A DNA stretch of 64,000 nucleotides from Geosiphon pyriformis uo1 (GCA_016748015.1 JAAOMT010000436.1:1424847-1488846), one strand, 5' to 3'; positions 39,251 through 53,200 are shown, counted from the first letter of the stretch. Notes: generated by a model not told the origin, from the letters alone. A program made the numbers and translations.

Positions 39251-39416
39251 AAATAGTCTCCGTAAAAGTTAATTGAATTTCCACTGCGAGATTTACGATT
39301 CTTCTCCCAATTTCGAGCAAGAATACGATCTGGTCGAGAGCCCTTGTGTGTAAAATTGGTAAGTTAGTAATATTCTTAATTAGTACACTTATAAATCACT
39401 TCCTATTTCTATCCCA

Positions 39417-39538
39417 CTAGGTCAACCTTTAGCCTTGAACGCAAGGCAACCCTTGAGATTTCCCACGCCCCAGTGGGGTTAGTGCTAGGTCGACCTTTAG
39501 CCTTGAATGTAGGACAACCCTCGAGATTGCCCCCGCCC
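39417..39538. repeat. GC-rich direct repeat, period 68 bp, about 1.8 copies
   Basis: ctaggtcaacctttagccttgaacgcaaggcaacccttgagatttcccacgccc (39417) vs ctaggtcgacctttagccttgaatgtaggacaaccctcgagattgcccccgccc (39485). Confidence 0.85.
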
Positions 39539-41927
39539 TAACAACTTCGTAGCTCACCCTTGAGGCTTGAATAATAAGAGACCCTTAATATCCCGTACAC
39601 ACTGTCTTTAATATTCCACTCTGAGAATTTTGATTAAAATAGTTGTGTATCTATTTTTTAGACTCCTCAATCTAATCATATTAAAAAATAATCTTAAGAA
39701 AGCGAACACGTAAAAAGATTAAGTATATTATTGGGTGATCACATCTATGTTACGCGAGCAATTTTATTTGATAACTGTGATACAATGAAAACACTACTAT
39801 ATTTTTCGTGCCTTTTCAGTTATCCCGAATTTCCTCATTAACTACTGTCTGCCTATGTTTCAAACTTTTATAATAATTTAAGCATTGTGATGAAGCATTC
39901 CCAAAGGAGTAATAGCTCTACTATGAGCGCACTATTCGAATTTGGCAAAATAGTGTGATATTTTAGTTTCGTGTTTAGCAACACTTTGAAGAATTTTTTT
40001 TGACTAATTTTATCCTGACAAAAAATGTAGCCCAGAATTCGACCGAACTTTATTAATATATTGTTATTTTCAACGCACTACATAGGTTTCCCATCATCCA
40101 TAATGTTTTGTTGATCGAATAAATATCGTTTTGGGAGTTTTGCTTTATATTATTCTTCAGTTTCAAACGCGCACCGTCTTTTCCTACAAGCGTCTATAGC
40201 TGAATGTGTTTTCTTGGAATCAAAAGGTTTAAAAATCTACAAACGAGTTATTGAGGTGACAAAAAGTAACGTCTTTCGACTTCCTTTTAGTGAAATATTT
40301 GTTGTAGAAAGTATGTTTTGACTATTTTAGCTTATCGAAAGTCATTTTACCTATTGAGTAAGATATTTTTTGCAAAAATCAAACAAACAAATATTTGTGT
40401 AAAAAACCAATTGCTTTTTACAGTTGAGAAGTCTTAGGACAATAGACATACGCCAACAAGATTTTGAGCCTTTTTTAGATACTATCAATAAAAGGTAGAA
40501 TTCTATGGGTATGGAATTTCGCAAAAGTCTTGATCAATCGATCGGTGAACCACTTTGGGCATTGGTACTTGGAAAATTTAATATTCCCATAGGTAAATAC
40601 TAGCAATGATGAAATATCTAAACACCCCTCTAGTAATTGATATATTTCGTAAACTTCTTAAAACCGCCTTATTAATTCTAGATTGATATGATCGTGCGTG
40701 CTGATGATGAAGCCTTCTCGGTTTCGGCGATTTCTGCTCTTCGTGAGTGTTCCCGTGTAAAGCCCCCATTACAAAAAATGCGGCAGAGCAACTTATACAA
40801 AGATTTGTGGATGATAAGTGGCTAGTTAAATCATTGTATGTGAAGTTTTTATCTTTGAGGAATTTAAGGGATCTTTGCTGAATTTACATTAACTTTGAAA
40901 TAGGAACAGGAGATATTCGATGAGTCCAAGAACTATATTAGAGCTTCAAATTTATCTCAAGCGAGAATTTGATGATGAATAAAGGAATGTACCTTATGTT
41001 TTGATATTGTAACTAAGATAAAAGGATTAGATTCCCGTTGCCTAAACGAAGCCCACATTAGAAAATCGATTACATTTTCAATTCAGGGACAGCAATGCAT
41101 TTTTCAAACAATTTAGTTTACGCCTGCAGCAACACTACCCAAAGATGTTTCTCATCACAATCAGAACAAGTATATCCAACATACAAAGCAAATTGGTGAC
41201 TCAAGCACACACGGTTGGTTGTGGTTTTGGCGAGCGAGGAATAGGTTTGACGTGTAAGTATTTGATCTATTAATTTGGCCTAAATTAATTGTTCATAAAT
41301 TTTAGCCTATTCATAAATCTCTCTCAAATCACCTGAAAGACAACGGATTGCAAAAATTCTTAAACGGAGCAACGAAATAGATGATCTTTTCCCAGACCAT
41401 TGGCCAGCTGAAAGTTATGCTTTTTAATTGAAAATTTCAGTGCAAGATAGTTGTCGTTCATTTGATGTATTTTGTTAAAGGGCCGTGATAAATGTTTTAT
41501 TTTCTTTGTGATGTATTGATGAGCTCAAGAATAGAGAACAACAATGAGATTGGGAGCTTTCCCAGGGATAGATTTATTTTGGAATTTTAATTAAAATGAA
41601 TAAAGCAGGCTATATTTGAAAACCAATTATAACAAGACTTAGATTTTATATGTATATGGTTTCTCCCGTCTATTCATTTATCTAAAACGTTGAATCTTTA
41701 AAGATCATCAAAACTTACGTTAAATTAGAAATCAAATAATTTATAATCTATTTCTTTTTTTAGTCTCAATTACAAAAAATAGTCTAACCAGAAATTTAAT
41801 ATATACCCAAGAATTTTGTGATTTAAGCTAAGTATCGGTTCGTAATTTTTAGATGAAAAATATGAATAAGAACCCAAACCAAAATAAATTTAAAATAAAT
41901 GTAAAATTATTTTAAATAATTAATTTC

Positions 41928-44521
41928 TTACTCACCATTGGAAGCCACACTTAAAGATCGCTCTTTTATTCTTGTGAAATTTGTGAAATTTGTATTTCGT
42001 GATTGCAAGCCAGCCATTGAAATGTTATTTATCGGTGTTGAAAAAATTTTTTCATCTTTAACTTCAAAATCACTATATACTTCCTTTTCATTCATAAAAA
42101 TATCATTCTCACTACTACTATTACCCAAAACACCAGCTATATCCCCATTCTGTTGAGAATACCGATTATTGGATGATAAGTATTTAACACGAGATGGGGA
42201 TTGTTCATCTGTTGCTGTTGTTATTGGAGATAGAATCAATATTCTTTCACGGTTTTCTCCCAGATTATTAATCCCATTAGGATCGAAATTTGATATTGGA
42301 ATATCTTGTAAAGTCTTATTTTTTGGTGTTGACGAGTAAAGATCCAAATTTGAAGACATCGTGCGTAACGGAATCGGTTCAATCGCATCCCCATCTCCAC
42401 ATTCATTCCCAATTCCAATCGCGATCTCATCAAGGTTAGGACTCTCCTGACTTCCAGAAATTACAGACACCTCAATATTCTCCCTCATCTCTAAACCATC
42501 ACTTCGACTAGACCTCGAAAAGAATCTTAACGGAGAAGTCATTCGAAAAAAATATAATCTCAAATGTATCATTGCCATTTTTAACAAATTCATGATCGAG
42601 TAGGAATGAGGTGGTAAAGGAGGTACGGAAGAAGTGGTAGTAGACGGTGAAAATGATTTTCCCCCATCTAATATTCCATAATCTGGCCCACCATCTCGTG
42701 CACTACGACGCCACGGAAACAAAATTAATCTTGGCCAACAACGAATACTTAAAATTCTTCGCTTCACATATCCGGACTTTCGTGATAATAACCAAAGCCC
42801 AAAGGATCCGAAAATGATGAAAGCTGTTACTAGGATCCATTCCGCTCTATAATCATAATATCCGAATAGACCACGTCCTTGCGGATCAGGCGGTGGATGA
42901 TTTGGAGCCATTGCATTCGGTATCAGATTTGAAGCTTCTAATACCATCTTTCCTAATGTCCAACTAACTTCCATATCCTGAATGGTGTTTATACTTTGAA
43001 ATGGTGGTGGAGGAATTATTCGTTTATTTAAAACATTGTTTTCACTTGCTCCTTTTGGTACTTCAATTCCGTTATGTAAAACAATAGCCAACCAAGCAGA
43101 TTTAAAACATTGCATTTCTAATCGTAATGAATCAACTCCAGATTTTTTCCAATCTTCATTTCGCATCGATTCAAAATAAATATCATTCCAATGTTTTGAA
43201 CAATAATCAGCGGCTTTCTTTTTAAATTTCGTATAATCCCATTCACCGTTGAAACCAAAAATTTCATGAGTTGAATACCAGTATTCCGAGATCCCAATGA
43301 AATGATTCACTGAAAAATCTATTTTTGGCGTATGAACTCCATTAAATAGACAAGGATTATCGGTACATGGTGCCGTTTTATTCAATAATGGTAATGTCAT
43401 CTCTAGACACTTGTCAAAAGATCCGGTTCCTTGAAGGGAGTAATATGGTGGTGGTAATGTCGGATTATCTATCAATATTAAATCCACCGGTAAACAAGGG
43501 TCTTTTAATAAGGTGATTGGTTGTTCATAGGAATTATCCGGATTCTTAATCAATTCTTCAGCATGTTTAGTATGATAAGTGTGTATGAGTGATTCAACAT
43601 ATCTTCGTCGTGCCTCATTTGTCCCGAATCCTAAAAACGTGGTAACAAATACATTATACTCTAATCGTGTTCCGGCTAAGGTGTATAATTTCACCGTTGT
43701 TAAATCGTTTGCATGTTCTAGAGCTTCTTTGGAATTCGGGACGAAAGCAATTTGAGCACTCGCCCCTCCCATATCCAAAAATCCAAATGTTGTTGTATGT
43801 TTCACGTCTTCATCGTCATCGATTTTACCTTGATTTATGGTCATTTGATCGCCACTGATTGAATCGTTATTTTTCCCTTTTCCGATTCCGTTATCACTGT
43901 TAAATCCCCCCATCAAATAATTTACCGCAAGCCATCCATAAATACCCTCCATCTCTCCGGTGATCACTTGTACGTGGTCACTACACCTGTCCAATCGAAA
44001 ATAATAATTGTCTTTGATATAGTTACAAGTATTTTCTAAGATTTGTTGTTGCTCTATAGATTTCAATAATCGCATTCCTGCTGTCGCGAGTACATAAACC
44101 GGGGTCAAAACATGTTCTTCAAGAGGCACAACTTGCTTTGCAAACTCGAGCAAGCTGTTCAAATGAAGAGGTCCAACCAATTCCGGTTTTGAGGCAAATG
44201 ACGAAATGCCTAAACATGAGGGAAAAAATTGAGAAATTGTTTTTTTGGGAAGATTATTGTCATTCTAGCCAAAAGAACAGACCTTTTTTGGATCGCTATT
44301 CTTTATGTCATACCTGGTTTGATGCTCATATGCCAATTTGTTCCTTCTTCAACACCTTTTTCAATGGTTGGCAAAATTTGAAGCTCACTTTCAAGTTTAT
44401 TTTGACGAGCCCAACGGTGATCTTTCCATGAGTATACTTGGATTCGTGAACCAGAACTTCCAGCATCTATAACTACTCCAAAGTTTCTATTTTGTAGCCA
44501 ATCGCTTTTTATTGATGGCAT
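41928..44521 (-). CDS. YND1: Golgi apyrase / GDA1-CD39 family NTPDase; exons 44521-44314 and 44209-41928 (829 aa)
   Basis: Apyrase conserved regions IDAGSSGSR, LATAGMRLL, ITGEMEGIYGWLAVNY, DMGGASAQI and SWTLG. A single TM helix (WILVTAFIIFGSFGLWLL) is followed by a long low-complexity tail, as in Ynd1. A GT-AG intron restores KPGISSFA. Confidence 0.92.
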
Positions 44522-45385
44522 TGCGAAAGTTTTGTCTATACTATATGTCAAACTTTTAACGTTTATTAGATGTTTGGAATAACTTCCATTAGTGGTTCTA
44601 TTTATAATATTTTTGTCTTCTAAGGAGCTTTAACCCAAGATAAAATGGAAATCAAAAGAAGCACCAAATAACTGACTTGGTTTTTGTAAAATTCTTCGTT
44701 TTAGATTAGGTAAGGTCTCGGCTATTTATTGTCAATCACCATAGATTATAATGGGCCACATGGCAAAAAGATTTATCAACTTAAACAATAACGTTTAATT
44801 TTGCTGCTTAAAATGATAGCAAAAGGATCTTATGAAATGCATCAATCATTTACTTTATCACATGATATTTAAGAGGTATAAAGTTCAGCAAAAAAAATGA
44901 GAAATAGTTGTTATGCTAATTATTGTTCAAAAAATTTTTTAAAGTTATTATATAATTTTTTTAAATTAAAATAATTAATTATACAAACTTAATAACAAAT
45001 TTAAATGAATTTATTATATTTTTTTGGGAAGAAATTTTTAACATTAAAAAAACAGCAAAGTAATTAATTAATTAATTATTTTAGTTTATTTTTTGAATTA
45101 TAATATTTATTTGTAAAATAAGTAATAATAAAATTTTTGTATTAGTTATTTTAAATCTGGTTATTAATAAAATAAAAATAATTATTTATATTATTTATAA
45201 TATTAATATTTAAAAAAAACAAAACTTTTTTGTTTACAAATTAATTAATAAAAGTAAATTTAAAAAAACTTTTTTTTCTCTTATCTTCAAAAAACCCTCA
45301 AAAAGTGCAATTTTCTGTGAAAAGAAGTTTTTTTGTTTCTTTAGTCTATATCAATATTTCTTTATCTAATAATAACCTATTTTTT

Positions 45386-47263
45386 ATGGATATGAAGGCT
45401 ACTGTTAGTAGCACCACATCTAAAAAGAAGACTCCTAAGAGCACTTTTCATGATCTTGCTGGTAGTTCTTTCTCTTAGAAAAAGAAAGTTGTTTTGGACA
45501 ATATAAAACACTCTGGTGATGAAAGAAATATATCTTTAGGCAGATCTGGATCTGGTAATAGTGTTTATTCTGATGTGAAAAGTCTTTTTGATAAGGATGA
45601 AAATGTTAGCATATTTGATATGGATGGTAGGTCTTTTTTGGACTCAGCCGCTATTACACCCAAGGCAAAGCAGGTTAATACTGGTACTGTTTTTGGTTTC
45701 TCACTTGGATTTCCTGACTTTCATATGAATAATGATAAAGTTGTGCTCTCTTTTCACCTGTCTATCTCTTTTGACAAGAAGTGAATTGACCCAAAAATTA
45801 TCAAGACTCCTGTAGAAGTGTTAATTAAAAAATCATTTGCTTTGGATATTAATCTCTTAGCTGTGGAAGGTAAATTGGCTACTGTAAAAACTCAGTTGAT
45901 TAGAAAATTTTTTTCATCAATCAATGGTTTTGGGAGGGCCACTACCCTCTCAAAATTTGAAGGGATTATCTGATTTATCTTCACTTCTGAGAAGAGCATG
46001 GAAATGGCCACATCATTGGCCAGAGAAAAAGAGATCAACATAAACAGTAATTTTAAGAAACAAGGAATGAAGTCAGATTGGGCTGTAGTGATTAAAAAAA
46101 TTCCTATGGATACACCTAAGAACATGATTGTTGCTGCAGTGTCCGAATTTGGAGAAATTAAGTCAATCAAAATTCAGTTAATTAGAATGTGACAAAAGGT
46201 TGTAGTGGAGTTTGTTGAGTTAGACCATACTGATTTGTTGACTTCTAAGTGGTCACTCCTGATTGGTAAGGATTCTGTGCATGTAGCCAAAGCAGTTGAA
46301 GATCATAAGACTTGGACATCAAAAGATTGGTTCAGAGCACTTTTGTTTACTTTACTGGTGGGAATAACAGTACATGATTTTGGAAATCTTCTGAAAAGAG
46401 CTGGTGGAAAAACTTGCATCATAAACAGATCACTAGAAACTGGTAATAGAATTTGCTGTGCAGTAGTTGGTTTTGAATCTAATAATGATCTGGAATCTGC
46501 CTTTTGCATGGAGCTGATTCTTGGCAGTATTAAACTTTTTTGGGCAAGAATGGACTTGGTTTGATGTGAAAGATATGGGAAATTTGGCCATTCAGCTTTG
46601 GAGTGTAATGCACCAGTTGCATCTGTTTCTAGACCTTCAAAAACATTTAAGAGGGTTGTGTCTAATGGACATCATCTTCAATTAGCAAAGTTGTATAAAA
46701 GAAAAAGTGTTCCAATATCTTGTCCTGCTGCCTTTGGTGGCAAATCCTGGGCCCAGGTAGTCTCATCTGCTGGTTCCTCTGATGGTTTTCATTTTGCTTC
46801 TGGTTCTGGTTCCTCTTTTCCTGGCACCTCAGGTTTGAGTGGTGGTCTCCCTCTTGTCTCAGCTGACAATTCATTTTTGGATACTCGTTTGGTCTCATTA
46901 AAATGATCCTTAGAGTTATTAACTGACCAAGTTTCTGGCATTCTGTGCAAACTCAGCAAAATGGAATTGGTACAACAAGCTCCATCTCCCTCCTCAAAAG
47001 TTTCAGCTATCTTGGTTGTTGCTAAAAGAAATTTGGCTTTAGACATGATTGTGGATAGTCTGGAAATGGTGCTCTCACCTCCTTCTTTTATCTTCTCTAG
47101 CATTTCAGTTTTGGGTCAAAGTAGTTCAAGAATCTTAACGACCAAGGTTGGCAGTTTGAAATCCAAGTTGGTAGCTCTTGAGGCTTCTGTAGATTCAGTT
47201 TTGACAAAGTTAGATCACTTGTGTATGGGTTTGGGTCTTTTGCTATCTTCTTCATCCCAATAA
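45386..47263 (+). pseudogene. LINE ORF1 (gag-like)
   Basis: In-frame fragments with AVVIKKIPMDTPK, FRALLFTL, FGGKSWAQV and ILTTKVGSL; multiple TGA/TAG stops. Confidence 0.85.
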
Positions 47264-48835
47264 GTGGTTTGATATGGAATATAGCTATGTGCAATGTTCG
47301 GAACATCAATGTTCCTGCCAAACAGGACAATGTTGTTTATTGGCACAAAGATTCAGGTAATATGGTGTCTATAGTAACAGAAACAAAATTAAAGCCCAGC
47401 ATTAAGCTGTGGATTATGAATAAGTTTAAGGGTGTGCACATTTTCACATCTGGTCTGAACAGTGGGTTTCTTGGGGCTGGTGTGGCAATAATCATAAACA
47501 ACTCTTTAGTTCAACATGTTTTCAAGATAGAGGAAGTTTCTGGTCACATCATTTCAGTGTGTCTTCTTTTCAAAAGCAGAGTTTTGGTTTTAATCATTGG
47601 CTTGTATGCTTGTGTCACTTCAGGTAACCGATTTGAGCAGGCATCCAATGTTAATTTTTTTATAGCTCAGGAAGTTAATTCCAGTAGCTTTGTTGTCTTG
47701 GGTGGTGATTTTAATGAATGCAGTTCTAAAAAAAGTGCTAGTTATGGATTTTGTTTGAATCTGAATTTAGTCAATTCTTTTGGTGGATATTTTCTGGCTG
47801 GTGCCTCTACTTAGAGCAACTTAAGGGGTGTTAAGAAAGTTATTGATCATATCTTGGTTAGTGAGTCCCTAATTTTGGCTGTGGCCAGTCATAGGGTTGG
47901 CTCTATATCTGAATTTTTTGACACTGATCACAAAGCTGTCTCAGTCTCAGTGGGTTTGGGTGGACTTTTGAACATTCGATTGGAAGTTTTACACAAACAA
48001 GCAAACAAAGATCATTGGAAATTCAAGCTGAAGGGCATAGATATTGATGGGTAGAAATGTTTTAGAGAGTGTTCTGTGGGCAAATTTTTGAAGAGGTCAG
48101 TTGATTTTCATGTAGCAGAACACATTAGCGATTTAAACAACATGTAGAATATTCTCAAAGAGGTGGTGGTTGATTCTGCCAATGATATTTTCTTCAGGCT
48201 CTGATTTAGTAAGTTTGAAGGTGTAAGGTCCAAGTTGTCATCTAAGTTTCATGGATTGGAATTGCTGATGTCCAAAATTGCCAGTAGTTTGAATTTGGGT
48301 CTGGATTCAGAGACTGAATACTTGGTTAATATATGGTCAAGCATAGATGGCATTAAGGCATCCAAGGTTTGTGTTATAATCGATATAAATAGCAAGATTA
48401 AGGATATTTTACGTCATATTTTGGTTATTAAAAAAAGTTACCACAAGTCCAAGTATCACAAATCCAAAGTTGTCAGAAATAACTCCATTAAGAAGGCTAT
48501 ATCAAGATGCATGGAAAACTTTTGTGCGAATAAAGGGCAAATAATAAATAGCATTCTAGATTGACCATTCAAGAAAATGGTTTTTGATCATTTGATTGTG
48601 GATGATGAGCTCATCTTGGAGCCCCAGGCGGTGTTACCAATAGAATTTTAGCTATTAATTAGCATGAAATTACCCTTATAATTCTTATAATTCATTAGTA
48701 TATTAATATCATTTCAAATTATCATTTATTATTTAATCAATTATCACATATCACGATTCAATTAAAATAATCTAATTAGTATAACAGAAAGTAGGATGAT
48801 CAAATTACACAATACCCTGAACTTTGTAACATTCA

Positions 48836-48915
48836 AAAATTCGCCAAAATTTACAGAAATTCGCCGAAATTTATAAGAAATTCGCCGAAATTTACAGAAA
48901 TTCGCCGAAATTATG
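48836..48915. repeat. ~20-bp tandem repeat (aaattcgccgaaatttacag): 4 units in the 5' LTR, 2 in the 3' LTR and the solo LTR
   Basis: Direct reading of 48836-48915, 50505-50540 and 31920-31958 (reverse strand). Confidence 0.85.
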
Positions 48916-49114
48916 AATAGTTCACCCAAATTAATCAATAGTTCAGCAAAATAACTTGTAGTTCATCAAAATGTATCTTTAGTTCGCCGAAATTTGAGCA
49001 AAGAGAAAAAGTGCAAGTTCATAGACTAGTACTACAACAAGTTGTATAAAAGAAAAGCTTTTCTCTTCTGAAAAATGTATCTTACTTTAGATTTATCACT
49101 CAGAACCATTCCTA

Positions 49115-49468
49115 CACAATGACAACAAATTACCACCTATTACCAACGAATTTAAAGTTGGAAATAAAGTTCTCTTACACAGAACTAAGGCTGAAAAACA
49201 ATGGAGTGAGAAATTTAAAAACAAATGGGATGGACCATTTTATATTCACGAAATTCTAGGCAATGGATTATATAAGTTAAGACTTGATGACAAAATATTA
49301 GCAAAAGTTGCACATGGAGACAGATTGAAACACTATCATTCCAGGAACAATCCTGAACCATTAATTCCACAAATTGGTACACATTCCCCTTTAATTAATC
49401 CTGAAGATATTTTCCGAAATTTAGAATCAATAATTATAATAGAACAACAACCAAACTTAAACACTTAA
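49115..49468 (+). pseudogene. Gypsy integrase C-terminal (GPY/F, SH3-like) fragment
   Basis: FKVGNKVLLHRTKAEKQWSEKFKNKWDGPFYIHEILGNGLYKLRLDDKILAKVAHGDRLKHY; closely similar to the region at ~55715-55910 (- strand). Confidence 0.85.
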
Positions 49469-49611
49469 ATTTTACAATAATTCTCTAATAAAAACACAAA
49501 GACAGAAATAGTAAATAATTACAAAACACCCAGACCCAAAAACAAATAAAAACCCCATATCCAAAAAATAATTTTCTTTATTTTCTCTTTTCATAATTAG
49601 TCAATTTTATC

Positions 49612-50290
49612 ATGATTATTTCCCGAAATATTCAACAAATATCCCAAAAATTAATGTTAGCCTTGAAAACACTCCCTGACTTATCTATAACAATTAATGG
49701 AAGTCAAATTAATTACATTTAGAAAGAAACCACAGCCCTAGTAGCAAATTATTTACAGAACTATTACCCCTATAGAAGAAAAACAAGAAGTCACTCTGAG
49801 AATAGATTACCAAGACTTTTGAAGCAGGCACTAGAAGAAAATTTTTTAATTGTCCTTATTGACATTCCACCAAATACTACAATGCAACAAAAACTTCTAC
49901 TACTTCTTAATGAACAGAACAATGAACACACTCCTATCTATAAATACTTTCAAATTGGAAAAACACTTTATGAACAAAAACTGGAACTTGAAGCAACAAA
50001 TCTCACTCCTGAAGTTATACAAAAACAAATTCACAATGAATTCAAAACAGCAGCTGGACCAACAAACACTCACTACAAACTTAGAGCAGCTCTTAGACTT
50101 TATGACTTGTTTAATATTTGTGAAAATGTTCTACAAAATCCAATACTGCAACCAATAAAAATCTAATACATTTGCAAACTCACAAAACTGAAATTTTAAC
50201 AATTTTCAGACCAGATTACTTCAATTATTTTAGATCATTATCTCAATATTACAGATAGTGTTTGGACTTCGACAAAGCTCAGTCTTGAGG
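49612..50290 (+). pseudogene. Extra ORF (ORF3) between integrase and the 3' LTR; ~220 aa, helical, function unknown
   Basis: ATG at 49612 is in frame with ORF 49819-50166, interrupted by point stops. Homologous to the ORF at the same position in the other Gypsy element. Confidence 0.7.
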
Positions 50291-53200
50291 AGGAGATTAT
50301 GTTACCAGTAGAATTTTAGCTATTAATTAGCATGAAATTACCCTTATAATTCCTATAATTCATTAGTATATTAATATCATTTCAAATTATTATTTATTAT
50401 TTAATCAATTATCACATATCATGATTCAATTAAAATAATCTAATTAATATAACAGAAAGTAGAATGATCAAATTACACAATACCCTGAACTTTGTAACAT
50501 TCAAAAATTCGCCGAAATTTACAGAAATTCGCCGAAATTATGAATAGTTCACCCAAATTAATCAATAGTTCAGCAAAATAACTTGTAGTTCATCAAAATG
50601 TATCTTTAATTTGCCGAAATTTGAGCAAAGAGAAAAAATACAAGTTCATAGACTAGTACTACAATAAGTTGTATAAAAGAAGAGCTTTTCTCTTCTGGAA
50701 AATGTATCTTACTTTAGATTTATCACTTAGAACCATTCTTATACACACAAAAAGAAATAAATATCAAATAATTCGAAAAACCAAATTCTTTAATTATTGC
50801 ACTTGAAAAATCCTCAAAACCCAACTAACGTTTTGAAATTGATTAGCTACCAATTTCAGTAAACTGTTAGTGACTCCAGGCCTGGATAAAAAATGTTTTC
50901 CTTGATAAAATCCTATTTTTTTTACATTTTTTTTATTTTTTTTATTTTTTCTTATTACAATCATTAGGGTAGTCTACAGATGAGATTCCTGTAGAAGAGT
51001 TGACTTTCACAGCAAAGTAACTACACATTTTTAGTGAGCTTTCAGATAAGCAATTTCTGGGAAAGAGTTAACGTTTACTACAACGTAACTACATAAAATA
51101 ACTGGTAAGGAATTGGCCATTCCACTTATAAGCTCAGCAGTTCAAATTATAAGAGATAATTTGAAGAGAAAATTCAGTTACTGGAGGTTTAATCACATTC
51201 AGAAAACGTGAATTCACAGCAAACAGGTATCAACAACATTACAGAAAAGAGACCAAAAACCTCCGGTAACAGTGGTCAAGTATTCGATTGATACCATAAT
51301 GGAAGATTGGATGAGGAAGCACTTGGTTGCTGGTGATCTGCCAGATTGTTGGAATATTTAGTATGCTCCCTTAGGTCACATTGGTGATAATACATTTTTT
51401 GAGGTTATGAGTGATGTTAGCATAGAAGAACTTCTGCAGGTCGTTAGAAACTTGTCAGATGGCAAAGCTGCTGGGCTTTCTGGCATTCCCAATAAACTTT
51501 GGAAGCATGGTAATTCTTTGGTCCTCAATGGTCTTTTGAGCATTTTTAATAGGTGTTTGATATCTGGAGAGGTTCTTGAGCAATGAAAGAGGTCTTGAGT
51601 TTTCATGATTCCTAAATCTTATGATTGGAAGAGCACTCTTATTAATACTAGGCCAATTGCACTGATTAAAACTGCCCAGAAGATTTTGTTTAAAATTCTT
51701 TCAAACAAAATTTCTTTGGCTTGCAGCAAATTTGACATTTTGTGTGGTGACAATTTTTCAGTATTAAAAGACACTTCTATGCAATCTCCTATTTTTGCTA
51801 TTGGCTCAATTGTGGAAGATGCTTTGGAAAAAAACAGAGAGTTGTGGCTGGTTCTCCAAGATATGCACAAGGCCTATGACTCTGTCAGTTGGTCTCATTT
51901 GCTCAATAGTTTGATCAAGATTAAAATGTGTTCCCATTTTATAAACTTTTTTGGTAACATACACAATGGTAAATTCAATCAGGTTATAATAGATTTTAGT
52001 CTGTCTGATGGTTACACTGTGTATAATGGTTTGGATTAAGGAAAAGTGTTTTTACCACTGCTGTGGCATATTTTCTATGATCTGTTGCTATGCAAAGTTA
52101 AGAAACATGAACAATTGTATGGCTATTAAATGTGTTCAAGATTCTATGCCAAATTTGACAAACCTGACCAGAGTAATAACAGGACTTTATTTTTTGCTGT
52201 GGGAGCCTTTGTTAATAACACAATTTGGGTCAGTAATTGTTTAGCAGTAATGCAAAATATCTTAAACATAGCAAGTGAATTCTTTTCTATCAATAACATT
52301 TCAATAAACTCTGAAAAAACGGTTGCTATCCCTATCAACCAAGGTATTAAGAAGACTGAACTATTTATTAATGGGTCAAGTATTTTAGTGGCCAAAAAGA
52401 GTGAGTCTCATTGATATTTGGAGATTTTTCTGTCAACTGAAGGCCTTTCCAAGCTGAGTTTAACCAAAGTGCACAATGATGTCAAGTTTTTTTTGAATGT
52501 GGTTTTAAGAAAGACCATCATTGAGAAGCAATTTTTATATTTGATTTCTGCTGTTTTATAGCCTATTATTTGTTATAGACTTCAATTTAGTTTTGTTTCT
52601 AAGAGTGTATGTAAAAAATGGGACAAATTGTTAAGAAAAGGGCTTAAGTTTAAAGCAAATTTGTCTAGGAACTTTCTTAGTGTGGCACTGCATCATCCTG
52701 AACTGTATGGCCTGAAGTCTTTTGAGCAAGTGCTCTCTGAAAGTTTGTTGGCCAATCTGATCAATTTTAGTAATGCTAGTAGAATTCTCAGCAAATTTTT
52801 CGACCATAGAGTGATGGACTTACAGGCTGTCAGCTGGATGCCCCAGCATCCTCTCTGTTTTCTGGTCATGTTATCTATCAATCTTTTGAACTGTTTTTTG
52901 GCTGGCACTACTTGAATACTCACTTTGTGCAAAGTCTTATTGGGTGGTGCATTTTCTAATGTTTTTCAGGCTGGAACTGGTGTGCCAATTTTGGACATGC
53001 TGGGCCTGGATGGTTATTTGAGTGTTAGAAAATTTCTCATGAAATATGACCTCATTTTTGCCAACCAACTTTTAGATTGTCATGGCAAATGCTTCACTTG
53101 GAACATCTTTTGCAGGTGGAAGAAACTTGACCCAAGAGGTCCAATTTCTATCTGGTTTGTTTCTGTTACTAATTTTATCATTGATGGTAGTTTGGATGTC

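Larger units (their letters stand above)
48632..51271 (+). mobile_element. Internally deleted Ty3/Gypsy element: truncated 5' LTR (48632-~49116), integrase C-terminus, extra ORF, PPT, complete 3' LTR (50300-51271)
   Basis: TGTTAC...GTAACA termini; 4-bp TSD GCGG (48628-48631) / GTGG (51272-51275); PPT gaggaggaga at 50287-50296. Confidence 0.92.

Noticed and set aside
39560-41900. CpG-normal intergenic stretch including ORF 40578-40769
   Set aside because: No recognisable protein motif, tRNA or ncRNA by eye; left unassigned.
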